64,000 bases of DNA from Bugula neritina (lineage: Eukaryota; Animalia; Bryozoa), in the NCBI GenBank assembly GCA_964035545.1, contig OZ037768.1, positions 23,593,319 to 23,657,318 of the forward strand. Direction: 5' to 3'. Position numbers and translations under genes: made by a program. This document shows, piece by piece, positions 45,377 to 58,900 of this stretch. Below the pieces are notes generated by a model that saw nothing but the letters and a program-made list of their open reading frames with translations, was not told the origin of the DNA and ran no database searches. How positions within the stretch are numbered: position 1 is the stretch's first letter; every line of letters starts with the position of its first letter.

Positions 45377-45987
45377 TGCATGCTGGAGATATACGTCTGC
45401 ATGCTGAAGATATACGTCTGCATGCTGAAGATATACGTCTGCATGCTGGAGATATATACGTCTGCATGCTGGAGATATATACGTCTGCATGCTGAAGATA
45501 TACGTCTGCATGCTGAAGATATACGTCTGCATGCTGGAGATATATACGTCTGCATGCTGAAGATATACGTCTGCATGCTGGAGATATATATGTCTGCATG
45601 CTGAAGATATACGTCTGCATGCTGGAGATATATACGTCTGCATGCTGGAGATATACGTCTGCATGCTGGAGATATATACGTCTGCATGCTGAAGATATAT
45701 ACGTCTGCATACTGGAGGTGTACGCCTGGCTCGGTGGAGGTATATACGTCTGTATACTGGAGGTGTACGCCTGGCTCGGTGGAGGTATATACGTCTGCAT
45801 GCTGAAGATATATACGTCTGCATACTGGAGGTGTACGCCTGGCTCGGTGGAGGTATATACGTCTGTATACTGGAGGTGTACGCCTGGCTCGGTGGAGGTA
45901 TATACGTCTGCATCCTGGAGGTATATACGTCTGCATACTGGAGGTGTACGCCTGGCTCGGTGGAGGTATATACGTCTGCATGCTGAA
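45377..45987. repeat. Compound minisatellite in the 3' UTR region of the Cys-rich receptor gene
   Basis: atatacgtctgcatgctg(aa/ga)g units plus ctggaggtgtacgcctggctcggtggaggt units. Confidence 0.95.
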
Positions 45988-45992
45988 GTCGG

Positions 45993-48900
45993 TCATAAAC
46001 CGGTGTACGTAATAAGATCACGTTTCCTGTTTCTGTCACTAGAGATTAATGTAGTAGACTCTGAACCAGTAGCACGGAGAGATCTACGCCTATACACAGC
46101 GCAGGCTAGTATTAGGCAGAGAAAAAGAGCACCTACAAAGTGCAACATCTTAGATAGTATATTAACTTAATATTAGTGACACCAAAATATGCATTTAGGA
46201 GCAGTAGAGGAGAAATTGAGATAGCCTAAGTTCTTCAATTTTACTAATAAATTTTGGTTTGGGGCTCGGGTTGAAACTCTCCCAAGAAGATAACTTTTTA
46301 TGCTACATTTCTAATCTAGAACACAGGCTTTTCTCAATTTCTCTATTGCTGCACCTACCTCAAAATATGACCTTCATCCAAACTTGGTAAAAATACTTCT
46401 AAATCAAAGAAAGGGCTCCAAAAACTAATGTAATGTAATAAAAAATATTGGCAACATAGTAGGGCTGGGACCCAGACAGCCTCATCACATGTAAAATTTG
46501 AAGTAAGCAGAACACTGTTAGTATATTGATAAATTAGTAAGTCAATTCTACAATGGCATTCAAGGGCAATTATTGGACCACCTCACCTACAATTGAGCCA
46601 ATCACAATGGTGTAGAGTTCTGTAGACCACACACACTGCTCGCCATTTCTCCCTTTCCAATAGGAGGGGCAAGCGGTTGGCATATCAGATCTTTCAGGGC
46701 AAATGGAATCTTCTGGACATTTATTTAAACAAAATGAGCACTGCAAAGGCAATAATTCAATAATCAATAATATTAGAAAAATTAATGATCAATTTCATTA
46801 CATGAAGACACCTACCTGTACATCATGTCATACAAATGACACACAGAATTGGTGCTCAATTTCGTCATGTCATGGTCTATAAAATTGTCGTGCATGAGTT
46901 AACCACTATAAAAGCCGAATAAGCAAACTACATAACATGCTAGTGACTGAGATACAGAATAATGTCTTTTCAGAAAAGATTTATTCAGATTAACAGAAAA
47001 ATGTAAAGAAAGGAGCCTTAGATCTCCGTGTGGGCTTACTCACGGGGCAATAGTATCCCTCCGGACAAACGGTACAAGACGTTTGGCAAAACTCCAGGTT
47101 GTAGTAACCCTTGTCACACTTTGAGCAACTTGTCGCTATGGGGTCACTTTTGTAGTTCCCTGACATGAGAAGAACATTTGTCTCAGTTGACCCTTTGACC
47201 TCGATATATCAACTCAATTACAAACTACATATATTTGTCATTCTTCAAGTGATCATCACAACATTTGTTCATATACTGCATTCATGCATCCGAAATTCAA
47301 ATATTTAGCTTTATATGCACATAACATATCACAATGAAAGCAACTATACACTCAAGGAGTTATGGGTAACTGTATAAATTGGCTTATTGTTAGCTCCATC
47401 AACTATATGGAGGAGTGCATTGTGTGTGTACGTGTGTGTGTGTGAGTTGTGTGTGTGTATGCGTGTGTGTGTGTGTGTGTGTACGTGTGTTGTGTGTGGT
47501 GTGTGCATGTGTGTGCATGTGTGTGTGGGGTGTGTGTGTGCGTGTGTGTTGCTAGGATGCCAAAAAAGAATATAAGACTAAGTTCCTACCAGGACCGCAG
47601 CAAGTGCAGGCTGCTGAGCCTATATGCTCCGTAAACGTTCCAGGTTTACAATATGTGCAAGAAGAACAGCCAGCTTCGCTAAAACCACAGAAAAACTGAG
47701 TGTGACACAAATGTACAATAAGTACTACAGCACACAGCAACTACTACGGTATACAGTAACTACTACAGTATACAGTAACTACTACAGTATACAGTAACTA
47801 CTACAGTATACAGTAACTACTACAGTATACAGTGACTACTTGAGTTTACAGTAACTAATGCAGTATACAGTAACTACTACAGTATACAATAACTACTACA
47901 GCACACAGTAACTACTACAGTATACAGTAACTACTACAGTACACAGTAACTACTACAGTACACAGTGACTACTACAGTATACAGTAACTACTACAGTACA
48001 CAGTGACTACTACAGCATGCAGTACTTTATGCAATACACTATACTGGGAAAAATGATATTATATATTATATAATATTATGATATAATATATTACGATATC
48101 ATATAATGCATATCATTTTATGATATAATATATTATGATATATTATATAATATATATTATGGTATACTATATGGCGTATATTATTATATTATATACAATA
48201 TAATATAATAATAATATTATATATGGCCTGTTCATCAACTGAATATAGGGTGTGAGCTGCACCCAGATGTACTTTGTACTGTAAGCTTCAACTCAGACTT
48301 TACCTGCAGTTAGTGCCAAGTGGACACAACTCACAGCTACTACTGCCCTCATCATTTGTGTAAGATCCTTTGTCACAGAGGCTACACTGTGTAGATCCCG
48401 TGCTATTAGAATAAGATCCTACAAATTCAAGTGAGTATAATGTTGCTCTATACAATAAACAATAAAATGTGTTGCAGATGACAGAGGTCACATGACATAA
48501 AACTGGTTGCCAATGGCTACAGCATAAATAATTCAAAGCCTGCATAGTTGTTAGTAAAGGAATTTACCTGCAGGACATGGAAGGCACTTCAACATGGTTG
48601 AATCATTTTTGTAGTAACCTGCATTACATTCCACACACGTTGATGCCCCAATAATTCTACAATACACCAGCGAGATGTAGTTTACAACTCAATGACCTCT
48701 AACATTCCAAAACATGATGTCAAACCGTTCTATTTTGCATAGTTGAAAATTCATCTCAGGACTGAATATTCCATGTCTGACCGACAACCCCCCCCCCCCA
48801 CTGACTAATACTATTATAAAATCCGAGTTTTTTGGCTAAAGTCTGACTTAGGTGGCTAAAGTTTAACTAAAACGAATACAGTTACGAGTTTATATTATAT

Positions 48901-50880
48901 TGCGAGTTTACAAACAAAACTACGAGTACTTACAGAGATTCTTTGCCAGGGGGACATAAGATGCATTCTGTTGCAGCATTATCTGGCTGATAAAAGCCTA
49001 CAGATAGAGAAAAGAGGGAAAATCAATAAAATCAATCAATCTTGTACATTGTGGAAACATCAGAGACGGCTAAAGAGTTGGAATAGACTGAAACTAATTC
49101 AAACTACTCTCATCCGATATGACAACTCTGAAGCATAGATTCACCCCCCCCCCCCCCCCAATACACTCGTCATAATAGCTGGCTCCAGTTTCTGTGGTGA
49201 TCCGCAGAAAATCCTATAAATTCAGTAATCAACTTTCCTATGAGTTGTGAAAGACCTAGAAGCTTGGCTGAGACTGTCACCATGCAATTAGAAAAGTGCA
49301 TTTTGAGTGGTTGCAAGTTGATATGAACTAAAGACTAAAGACTGAGTCAAGACGTAAGGCTGAGCATAAAATAGGTCAACACTTCATCTTAGATAAAGTG
49401 CTTTTACATATATATTGTATTTAGACAAACCATAAGATGTGAGCATTGCCTGCTAAAATAAATGTGAGAAAAATCCTAATTCTTGAGTTAATTTTATGAT
49501 TTTTGGACAAGTTGCTAGAAATATATATAACTATATAGATGTTAGCATGTGATATCCAGTAACCCTACCTATAGGGCATTGGAGACAAGACTGACTTTTG
49601 TTCTGAGGTGCATAACTTCCTGGACCACAGGCTTGGCATTCTGTACAGCTAGACTCTCTGAAATATTAAACAATTACTAATCAATATGGAAATTATAATC
49701 GGCATTCAATATGAATACAGGAAAAAAATTACATCTTTTGAAAACAGAGTTTTGGGTGCGAAGCAAAAGTTTTTTTACTGACTCCACATTTAATGCCAGC
49801 AACTGATGAGCAAAAATTATTATTAGTAATGTTGTTTGGAATCCCGAAGCCCCTGTAGCGTAATTGGTTAGCGCGCTTGCTTGCAAGCCGGAGGTCTGTG
49901 GTTCAAATCCCGGTGGGGGCAATTATTTTACAAGTACAATATACACAGATATTACGCATAAGTTTATATTTCATTTTTCAATAACTACAACAACATAAAA
50001 CCATAGTCAGAGGTATCATGGTAATATATTACGCCATAAAATGTTGGCGTGACAATAGATGATACAAAATAGCTGAGCTAACTTATCATCACAGCTATCT
50101 TATCTGGTCTCTCAACAATAGAGATCATGTGATGCGATCTGATGACAAAACAAACAGAAACTGGAGCTGGCAGATATACACGTGATGTGTCAAGTTTTAC
50201 AATGTCCGTTACTTACAGTGTATTTACATATTACTTATAGTATATACTCACAGTATATCTACCACTACATACCCACAAAAATGCCCGGGAAGACATGGCA
50301 GGCAACTGGTAGCTGCTGATATATTTTGAAAAGTTCCATGTCCGCACTCACTGCAATCACTTATATTCTTGCAGTACCCTGACAGTGACCGATTGCTACA
50401 GATCTCACATGACAAATGAGCTACAAAATGAAATTACTGATAAAATAATTTACATTAATGGTAGTGATCTTTAAGCTTTTAAATTTATGAAAAAATAAAT
50501 ATGTGCCAGGTTTGAAACAACAAATAAAGGCACTTTTTAAATAATATTATATTTGGATACACTAATTTTACAGTTTATATTATAATTAGAATAGGTCTTA
50601 CATTCATTGGCAAAAGTCCCAGGTAAGCAGGCTGTACACGTGTTTGTAGAGTTTTGATCATAAGCATAGTCACCAAAAACTTTCAGAAAAACTAAAAATA
50701 TTAAAATTATTCAACATTAAAATATAATTATTTCTACATGACTCTTAAAGCATTTTAACTTATTTTTAGTGCAATTATTTTTAAATTAGGAAATAAAAAC
50801 ACATATATCTAAAAGTTTATATAAAAATGCTGCTTTAAAAGTAAAAACTTACCAATAATCAAAAACCATAAAGAGTTCAT
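45993..50880 (-). CDS. Cys-rich (GCC2/GCC3 ephrin-receptor-like / TNFR-like repeat) type I membrane protein with C-terminal ITYTGL
   Basis: About 11 exons from MNSLWFLII (50880-50853) through repeats CTACLPGTF, CLPCLPGHF, CQACGPGSY, CLQCPIGFY, CLPCPAGSY, CSLCDKGSY, CTYCKPGTF, CTVCPEGYYCP. TM segment LYTIVIGSIVGALFLCLILACAVY followed by RRR. The tail ends RDLITYTGL-TGA (45995-45993). Confidence 0.85.
46195..46363. mobile_element. MITE-like element with ~32-bp imperfect terminal inverted repeats
   Basis: taggagcagtagaggagaaattgagatagcct ... aggcttttctcaatttctctattgctgcaccta; a second, inverted copy lies at 52284-52435. Confidence 0.75.
47410..47550. repeat. (GT)n-rich microsatellite
   Basis: Degenerate gtgtgt run. 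Confidence 0.9.
47738..48016. repeat. 19-bp intronic minisatellite
   Basis: actactacagtatacagta x~14. Confidence 0.92.
49849..49921 (+). pseudogene. Degenerate tRNA (pseudogene or SINE head), Thr/Ala-like
   Basis: Acceptor stem GCCCCTG/TGGGGGC, D arm gcgtaattggttagcgc, T loop ggttcaaatccc, followed by a T5 run. The anticodon loop is only 6 nt (ttgcaa) and the T stem is mismatched. It lies antisense within an intron. Confidence 0.7.
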
Positions 50881-52283
50881 CGAATAGACTTGAATAGAAT
50901 TTGGATGCAATATAAAAATATTGCAATGCCAATTGTAAACTTTATATCAATTATTGATTAGTTCATTACGCTTATGGTACTGAGCTAAACTATTAGCATT
51001 TTTCAAACGAACACTGCTTTTACTCACACTGAATTTGATGGAACCCGTTCGTGTGTAAAACTGAAAGTCGAACTATTATTATGGTAACATAATGATAATG
51101 ATATAATTATACTATAGAGATAGTTATAGATCAAGAGCTAAAGAAAGTGCAAAAATTTGAGTCACCGTTAAACTTTCTGCATGTGTAAAACTCAAACTCA
51201 AACTGAAAGCGAAGTAAAAAGCAATTCAATAAATTTCAAAGTTGAATGTCTGACACAAAGTCAAAGTCAATCACAATGTGATGGCTTTGGGTTACTAAAA
51301 TATCGCTTTTAACTTTTAAGTTTCAACAATAAATATAATTTAAATCAGAATCCAAACTATCCAGTGAATTATAACAGATTGGCAGAGTAATTCATAGAGA
51401 ACAATTATAAATAGCCTATTAATCTTTTAAACACGAAAAGAATTATATAAATGTTTCTTTTAAAAAATAACATAATAGTAGAGTCTAACAATTATTTTAT
51501 TGAAATACAGGCATGTGATCAGTCACATGATGCTACCTCAGTAACTTTGTTTTGCTACCACCAGAGTGATAATTATATGGGTTTGGGTACGACTAACCAT
51601 GCTATCTGCTCAAACATTTAAACACAAAATGCATTTTGGAATTGAGCTGAAATGCTTATTAGCGATCCCGTTTCTGACCACAACTATTGTAACATCCTGT
51701 TATTAATTCGATCAGTAATCAATCCATGATTCGTCAGATTAAAAGAGGCTTATTTTCTATTTTTAATGAAAGCTCAACTCTACTTGTAAGTTGAAATTGA
51801 TGCCAAAAGTTAAAAATTGATACATTTTTTAATTTTGTTTTTTTCTGTATTTTAGTTTTAGTGCAATCAGCTTTCACTTTGTCTTTCAACTTTTCCTCAA
51901 TTTCACTTTTAAACTTGAAGTTAAAATTTAAATTCAAATTGAGGCCGATTTTAAATCATAAATTTAAAAGGATAAAATTAAATGATTATCTGATAAGTGA
52001 TAAATGATAATCACAGTGGTTATCATTGTGATGATAGTATGGAGAATGAATCAGTGAATATCACTGTGAATCTATCATTATTACTTTATGATTATTGATT
52101 AGCATTATGATTATGATTATAATATTAATTACATTTAGCTTTTAGTTTTGTTGCAATAAAATAAGCACAAGCGATTCATTTATACTAACAAACTACAGCT
52201 GAAACTTTGTATATTTACACTTTGACTTACACTACAGAGCTCTAAAAACAATCTACAAAGTTAGTGAGATTAACAGTCTAACA

Positions 52284-52435
52284 TTGAGGTAGGTGCAGAA
52301 AAGCCTGTGGTCTAAATTAAAAATGTAACAAAAAAAGCTATGTTCAGCAAGAATTTCGACCCGCGCCCTAAACCAAAATTTAATAATAGAATTAAAGAGC
52401 TCAGGTTATCTCAATTTTTGTACTACTGCTCCTAA
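52284..52435. mobile_element. Second MITE copy (inverted, with a deletion in one TIR)
   Basis: Its reverse complement aligns along its length with 46195-46363. Confidence 0.75.
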
Positions 52436-52942
52436 GTAATTACTAAAATTGCATTAACAATCTTCAAGGTAAAACTAAATCTCTAATTTTAATTTAGTGT
52501 GAGTTTTTAAGGATAGTCATTATCTTGATATTCATTTTTTAAATTTTTCTCTAAAGTTGGTCTGGTAGACTTGAACGGTAATATAGTGACTGCAATGATT
52601 CTACAATTACATTCACTGACAATGCTAAGGCTAAAAGGGTTAGTAGTTAATCCAATTACTTAAGTCTAATGGGTAATGGGCACTTTGTTTCTTCGTCTCA
52701 TAATTTCATAATAATTAGTTAATAAATAATTAATTAAATTCATATCTAATATTTTTAGGCTATATTATGTCAGGATAGTTATCAGAATAGTCTGATCTAC
52801 TTTCCCCCTTAAACTGTCTACATGAATTTATAATACTGCCCATTCAGTGATTTTTCTAGTTCCAGTCAATTCTGGATAAGTACCACCAACTTGTAAAATG
52901 TGTTTTTTGTATTTAGGTATAGCTGTTAGCTGCCCTGTTCAG

Positions 52943-53151
52943 ACTCATGCAAGTTTATAGTCACTGTTCCTGTGAGATTCCCTGATGTAAAGGGTCTTTT
53001 CAGGCGTGCTAAGGACTTATTAAGAAGAGGCACATGAGCAATTATGACTGGATGCTTTTTCAAACATCACCAATGGCCTTTAATGGGGATCGAACCCATG
53101 ACTTCGTGTTTACTACGCCAGCGCTTTAACCCCTAAACCACGACTGCTCCT
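52943..53151 (-). mobile_element. tRNA-derived SINE (older, more diverged copy)
   Basis: Colinear with 43424-43639 (ctcatgcaagtttatagt...gagcaattatgactg...catcaccaat...tcgaacccatgac...gctttaaccccta...ctgctcc). Confidence 0.88.
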
Positions 53152-54335
53152 TAGCTTCCATTGTCTAATGTAACTATTATGTATTTTTCTGCTTTTTCTT
53201 TCATTATGTAACTATGGGATATAGTATATAATTATTGGTTACAATACATTTTAAAATATCAACTTGTATCTTGTATATTTTTAGCAATCGATGAAAGCAA
53301 ACAGTGGGCCACGGATTGCTGCGGCCAAAGGTGGCACAACTCAGGTCTATATCTCAATGAAATATGTTACAGCTTTCATGTTTTATTTGTACATTGTTTA
53401 AAACTCGAATAAACTTCTGCAATTTTGTAAACAATAAAACTAATAAATTAATTTATGCAGGGTGGAGATAGGAGTAGGACTGTAAGACATTTGATCTCCT
53501 GTGTTTTGCACTAAATGTGACGGATACAGTTATAAATTGCCTGGCAATTTACTTCTGTCTGAAAATGTATTGTCAAATTTGTTTTTAGTCGCCTGGGAGG
53601 TCTCCAGCTGCAAGAAGTCCTGCCAGTAACTCAGGAACCAAGCCTAAGGCAAGGAGCTAATAGTATTCATAAGTTCTCAAGGTTTTGTGTTACATAAAAG
53701 GGCGCCGGCTGTTTGTGAAACATATTTTCGTGATCTAGTTCATTTTGTTTTGATTTTAAATGTAACGGTGTTTTATTTAAAGGATTGCTCAATCTTAGTT
53801 TATTACAATCACATTATAATTATGAACTATAATTTAATGTGTATGCAAACAATTGTGACTTTGCAAAGGGATATGTGCCTAGAAAACAGCTTTTCAAAAT
53901 TCCAATTTTGAGGGCGGTAAAATTTTCAGACATGAAAAAGAATAGCCTAATACGTGACGTGTGAACGCCAGTAACTATGCTGCACGTGCTAACTATAACG
54001 CTAGTATTCAAGGTTGCTGAGCACAATATCAACCAATAACGCTCAAGCAGTTACAGTGCGCTATATAGGTCAGCTTTGGTGTGCCCGTAATATTGCACAA
54101 TCTGACCTAGTTTAGATCGATCGCAGGCATTCATCCTAAAGAATGCATGTTTTTGCAATGCTTTTTTCTAATGTTTACAAGCAAAATATGGCCTAATGTT
54201 ATTACATACATGGTATTTAAAATGTCAAAAAACTATAGATTGAGATAATTCACATTTGCACTTCTATAAATATACAAATTACGAGCTGAAAGATCACATC
54301 TCACAGTCATATTTCTGTAGTTATTCATTTGTATA

Positions 54336-54345
54336 GTCACGTGAC
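54336..54345. promoter_or_regulatory. Perfect palindromic E-box GTCACGTGAC (CLEAR/USF-type) upstream of HDAC6
   Basis: Exact 10-bp match ~220 bp upstream of the candidate ATG micro-exon at 54563. Confidence 0.45.
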
Positions 54346-54562
54346 CAGCAGGAATGCTGGCGCTGTTACGTCACATTTCCCAGCTCATTTCAAAATCGGC
54401 GTTTTGGCTGTTACCAATCTACACCCTCAACTTCAACTAACTTTTTCTACCTTTGGTCAAATGCTTTTTGTCAATGCATGCTTAGAAAAACACAATATTA
54501 TGTGTGTTTGACCTAAATAGCCATTTATTAGACAAGATAGAGCAATCCTTTAAAGAGTGTAG

Positions 54563-55749
54563 ATGGTAAATAAGTTTTCTTTTCCTCTCAGGTGTGTGGA
54601 TTAATCTCAAGTTATGTACTTATGTTTTACTTATTATCTAGTTTGTTCTGTAAAATGATTGGTTTGTTGTGCTGATTTAAGTCTTGATAGCAACAGTGAA
54701 GAGTTTTTTTAAGATAATAAATATTAGTGCTTAATGTGTTTAAATTTGATTGGTTATCTTTAATGTTTGATTGAATGCAAAGCGTCTGGAATATTCTTTT
54801 GCCACTTCAATATTGAATTTTCTTGAAATGAAAGAAAATGCTTTTCATTGCCTTCTATCAGTTCTTAGAATGTAAAGTATTTAAATTAATGCCCTTCATT
54901 TCAGTCCTCACCCAAGTCTGCTGCTAGTGGCAATGCAGGCGGTGCTAATAGAGGGACAACCCCCAAAGTAAGTTGAGATTTCACCTTGTAAACACTTCAT
55001 GCTTGCTAAACTACTACGTAATATGAATATTTGACAGAATTGAATCTCCTGTGTTCAAGGGCATATGATTTTTTAATATAATAAAATTAGATATTTGAAA
55101 TAATTCACTTTTGATCTGTTTTGTGTTGTATAGAAGCCTGCAGCTGGTAAACCAGCAAAGCCAGCTAGGAAGGTGATAGGAGAAGACAAATTCCCTGGGC
55201 TGGTAAGCTTTGTAATTTCTTTCTGTGTCATTTTTCAATAGATATTTGACAATATTTTTTGTTTTGTTTTGTACTTAATTGGTGATGATCTCTTTAAATA
55301 ATAATTTGCTGTCTGGTGTAAGTTGTTATGGTTGTTTCATTGTTTCATGTTTTATTTAAATTTTAAATGATATTAGACAATTGCATTCTATCGTACAAAC
55401 ATGTTCGTTAACAAAAAAGAAACAATATTTTTATTAATACCTGTTGTAGAGTTTACAGAGTAAGACTAAAAGACCAGTGAGGTAAGAAAAGAGACGTCTA
55501 AGTATTTGTATCTATTATTATGATAATCTGTACTACTACTATTACTACTACTACTGCTACTACTAGTACTACTACTGCTGCTGCTACTATTACTACTACT
55601 ACTACTGCTACTAGTACTGCTACTACTACTACTACTACTACTGCTACTGCTACTACTACTACTGCTACTACTGCTACTGCTACTACTACTACTGCTACTA
55701 CTGCTGCTGGTACTACTACTGCTACTACCACTACTACTACTACTGCTAG

Positions 55750-55786
<37 letters not shown>

Positions 55787-55872
55787 GTTGCTGCTACTAC
55801 TACTACTACTACTACTGCTGCTGCTGCTACTACTACTACTACTACTACTACTACTGCTGCTGCTGCTACTAG

Positions 55873-55909
<37 letters not shown>

Positions 55910-58900
55910 GCTACTGCTACTACTACTGCTGTTACTACTACTAGCAGTATTACTAATGCTATTTCCTGACTAGCTATTACTTATGTTGTAAAGGACAGGG
56001 TTCATGTACGATGAAGCCATGCTGGACTACAAATCGCTTCATGATGAGAATTACTTAGAAGCTCCAGAAAGAATTTCGTATACTTATGACAAATGCAGGA
56101 CACAGGGTCTTGTGAAGAGGTGCATCAGATTGAAGGTAAATTTCACTGAAGTACTCTTTGTTATTTGACCTTGACCTTGTCGGTTTAGACTGGCACCAGC
56201 GTTCCGATCCTCTGATCATGTGTCTTGTATGTTCTGGTACAGGTGGCGCCCTGCTCTGACGAAGATCTTCTATCCGTGCATGATACCGATTATGTCGAGA
56301 AAATGACATCTTCTGGCAAAATGTCTAAAGAAGACCTCATCAGTATGGAACATGGCTATGATGCTGTATGCTTTCATCAGGTAGTTTGACCCCAGTATAT
56401 TCTGTAGTAAGCCTATAGTTTAATGTCATGTCTACCATGTCGTCTGCTACTCTATAGTGTCATGTCTACCATGTCTTCTGCTTCTCTATAGTGTCATGTC
56501 TACCATGTCGTCTGCTACTCTATAGTGTCATGTCTACCATGTCGTCTGCTACTCTATAGTGTCATGTCTACCATGTCTTCTGCTACTCTATAGTGTCATG
56601 TCTACCATGTCTTCTGCTTCTCTATAGTGTCATGTTTACCATGTCTTCTGCTTCTCTATAGTGTCATGTCTACCATGTCTTCTGCTTCTCTATAGTGTCA
56701 TGTCTACCATGTCTTCTGCTTCTCTATAGTGTCATGTTTACCATGTCTTCTGCTTCTCTATAGTGTCATGTCTACCATGTCGTCTGCTTCTCTATAGTGT
56801 CATGTCTACCATGTCTTCTGCTTCTCTATAGTGTCATGTCTACCATGTCTTCTGCTACTCTATAGTGTCATGTCTACCATGTCTTCTGCTTCTCTATAGT
56901 GTCATGTCTACCATGTCTTCTGCTTCTCTATAGTGTCATGTCTACCATGTTTTCTGCTTCTCTATAGTGTCATGTCTACTTGATGGCTATTCTATCACAT
57001 ATAATGTGACACAACAATATGAATAATGTACGTCTTTTGTTGCTTTCCAGAACAGTATGAAGTGTGCCAAGCTATCTGCCGGAGCTACTATAGAAATGCT
57101 AAAGGCTATAGTGTCAGATCAAGTCACTAATGGACTCGCTGTTATTCGGTTTGTTGAATTCAAAATTAAAACATTGTTTGGCTTTATTTGAATAAACTTT
57201 CATCTATACTGTCTGTGAGATAATAGAATAAACAAAGTAAAATAGAAGATTGTATGTAAAGAAGTGAGGCTATAAGTTTATCATCGTCTTTATGATGAGG
57301 CGTCTCAATCATTTCAATTTTGATATGTTTTAGTTTAAAATGTTTATTTTGAAAAGTTTTGGATAGTTTCTAATTTCTTATCTTTTTATATATGAATTGA
57401 AAATGTTTACATATCAATCAGGATTCTTTTGTGCTTTAAGCTTACTGATTCCAACTAAGTTTTTTCGTACAATGTTGACATACATTATATTCTACAATGT
57501 CACCCTGTCACATATTACTCACTGCCACATGTCACTCAGTGTTACATGTCACTCACTGCCACATATCGCTCTGTCACATGTCTCACCCTGTCACATGTCA
57601 ATATTCTTTGTCTAGACCACCTGGACATCATGCAACGAAAGAGGGAGGCTGTGGTCATTGCTATTTCAACAATGTGGCGATTGCCACAAAACATTGTTTA
57701 GATAAATTGGGCTTAGCTAAAGTTCTTATTGTCGATTGGGATGTCCACCATGGGCAGGGCACTCAGAGAATGTTTTACAACGACCCCAGGTAATTTCATT
57801 TGTTATTTTATTTTTGTGAATACTTGGGTAAAGGTTTCCTTCAAAATAATTTTGTGTTGTGGCCCTACCATATTTTAATAATGCAACTTTTTTCCTCCGT
57901 TATAAAATTGTACTAAGTGAGTCATAGATGTATTGAGTGAGTCATAGCTGTACTGAGTGAGTCATAGCTGTACTGAGTGAGTCATAGCTGTACTGAGTGA
58001 GTCATAGCTGTACTGAGTGAGTCATAGCTGTACTGAGTGAGTCATAGCTGTACTGAGTGAGTCATAGCTGTACTGAGTCATAACTGTACTGAGTCATAAC
58101 TGTACTGAGTCATAGCTGTACTGAGTCATAGCTGTACTGAGTGAATCATAGCTATACTGAGTGAATCATAGCTGTACTGAGTGAGTCATAGCTGTACTGA
58201 GTGAATTATAACTATTACCCAATAATTAAACTAACTGCCACATGTACTTGTAGTAAAAGCTCTCTCAAAATTGTTGTTTTAGTATTGCATTTTCCTTTGC
58301 ACAAATATATTTGTATTAGACATTATGTGTCGAGTATATGCGTCTAAATGTGAGTTAATTTACAACAGGTATGAGATGTTTTTATTGAAATATGTATACA
58401 TATTATATAATTTACTTTCCCTTTATTAGCTGATTTTGACGTGTTGCATTTTAGAGTTCTGTACATCTCCATCCATCGCTATGAACATGGCTGGTTTTGG
58501 CCCAACCTTAGAGAGTCAGACTACGACTATATTGGAAAGAAGAAAGGCCTGGGTTATAATGTCAATATTCCTTTAAACAAGGTAGCTATTGAGTCGTACA
58601 TTCAGTCTAATAATATAGGCGCTTGTTTGTTACTATGGATACTTTGTTTACTTGTTGCTATAGATACTCTGTTCACTTGTTACCATGGTTACTCACTTGT
58701 TGCTACATCTCACAGACTGGTATGACAGATGGGGACTACCTTGCCATATTTCATCAGATCATTATGCCCCTAGCCATGGAGTTCAACCCGGACGCTGTCA
58801 TAGTATCCGCTGGTTACGACTGTGCTCTTGGATGTCCGGAGGTAACTTTCTACAGTACTCTGTCATCCCATTTTCACTCACTATCAGTGATGCTAAGTTT

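Noticed and set aside
45342-45992. Repeat open in all three minus-strand frames after the receptor stop codon (readthrough or frameshift extension)
   Set aside because: The repeat units simply lack stops; the TGA context is not a strong readthrough signal and nothing else supports translation.
51599-51706. Short ORF MLSAQTFKHK... as a signal-peptide-bearing first exon of HDAC6
   Set aside because: I could not find a convincing in-frame splice path to the downstream exons; more likely 5' UTR or a uORF.
55498-55973. Poly-Thr/Leu/Val ORFs (also 12098-12531 and 23540-23731) as mucins or membrane proteins
   Set aside because: They are translations of (ACT)n microsatellites inside introns whose flanking exons join in frame without them.
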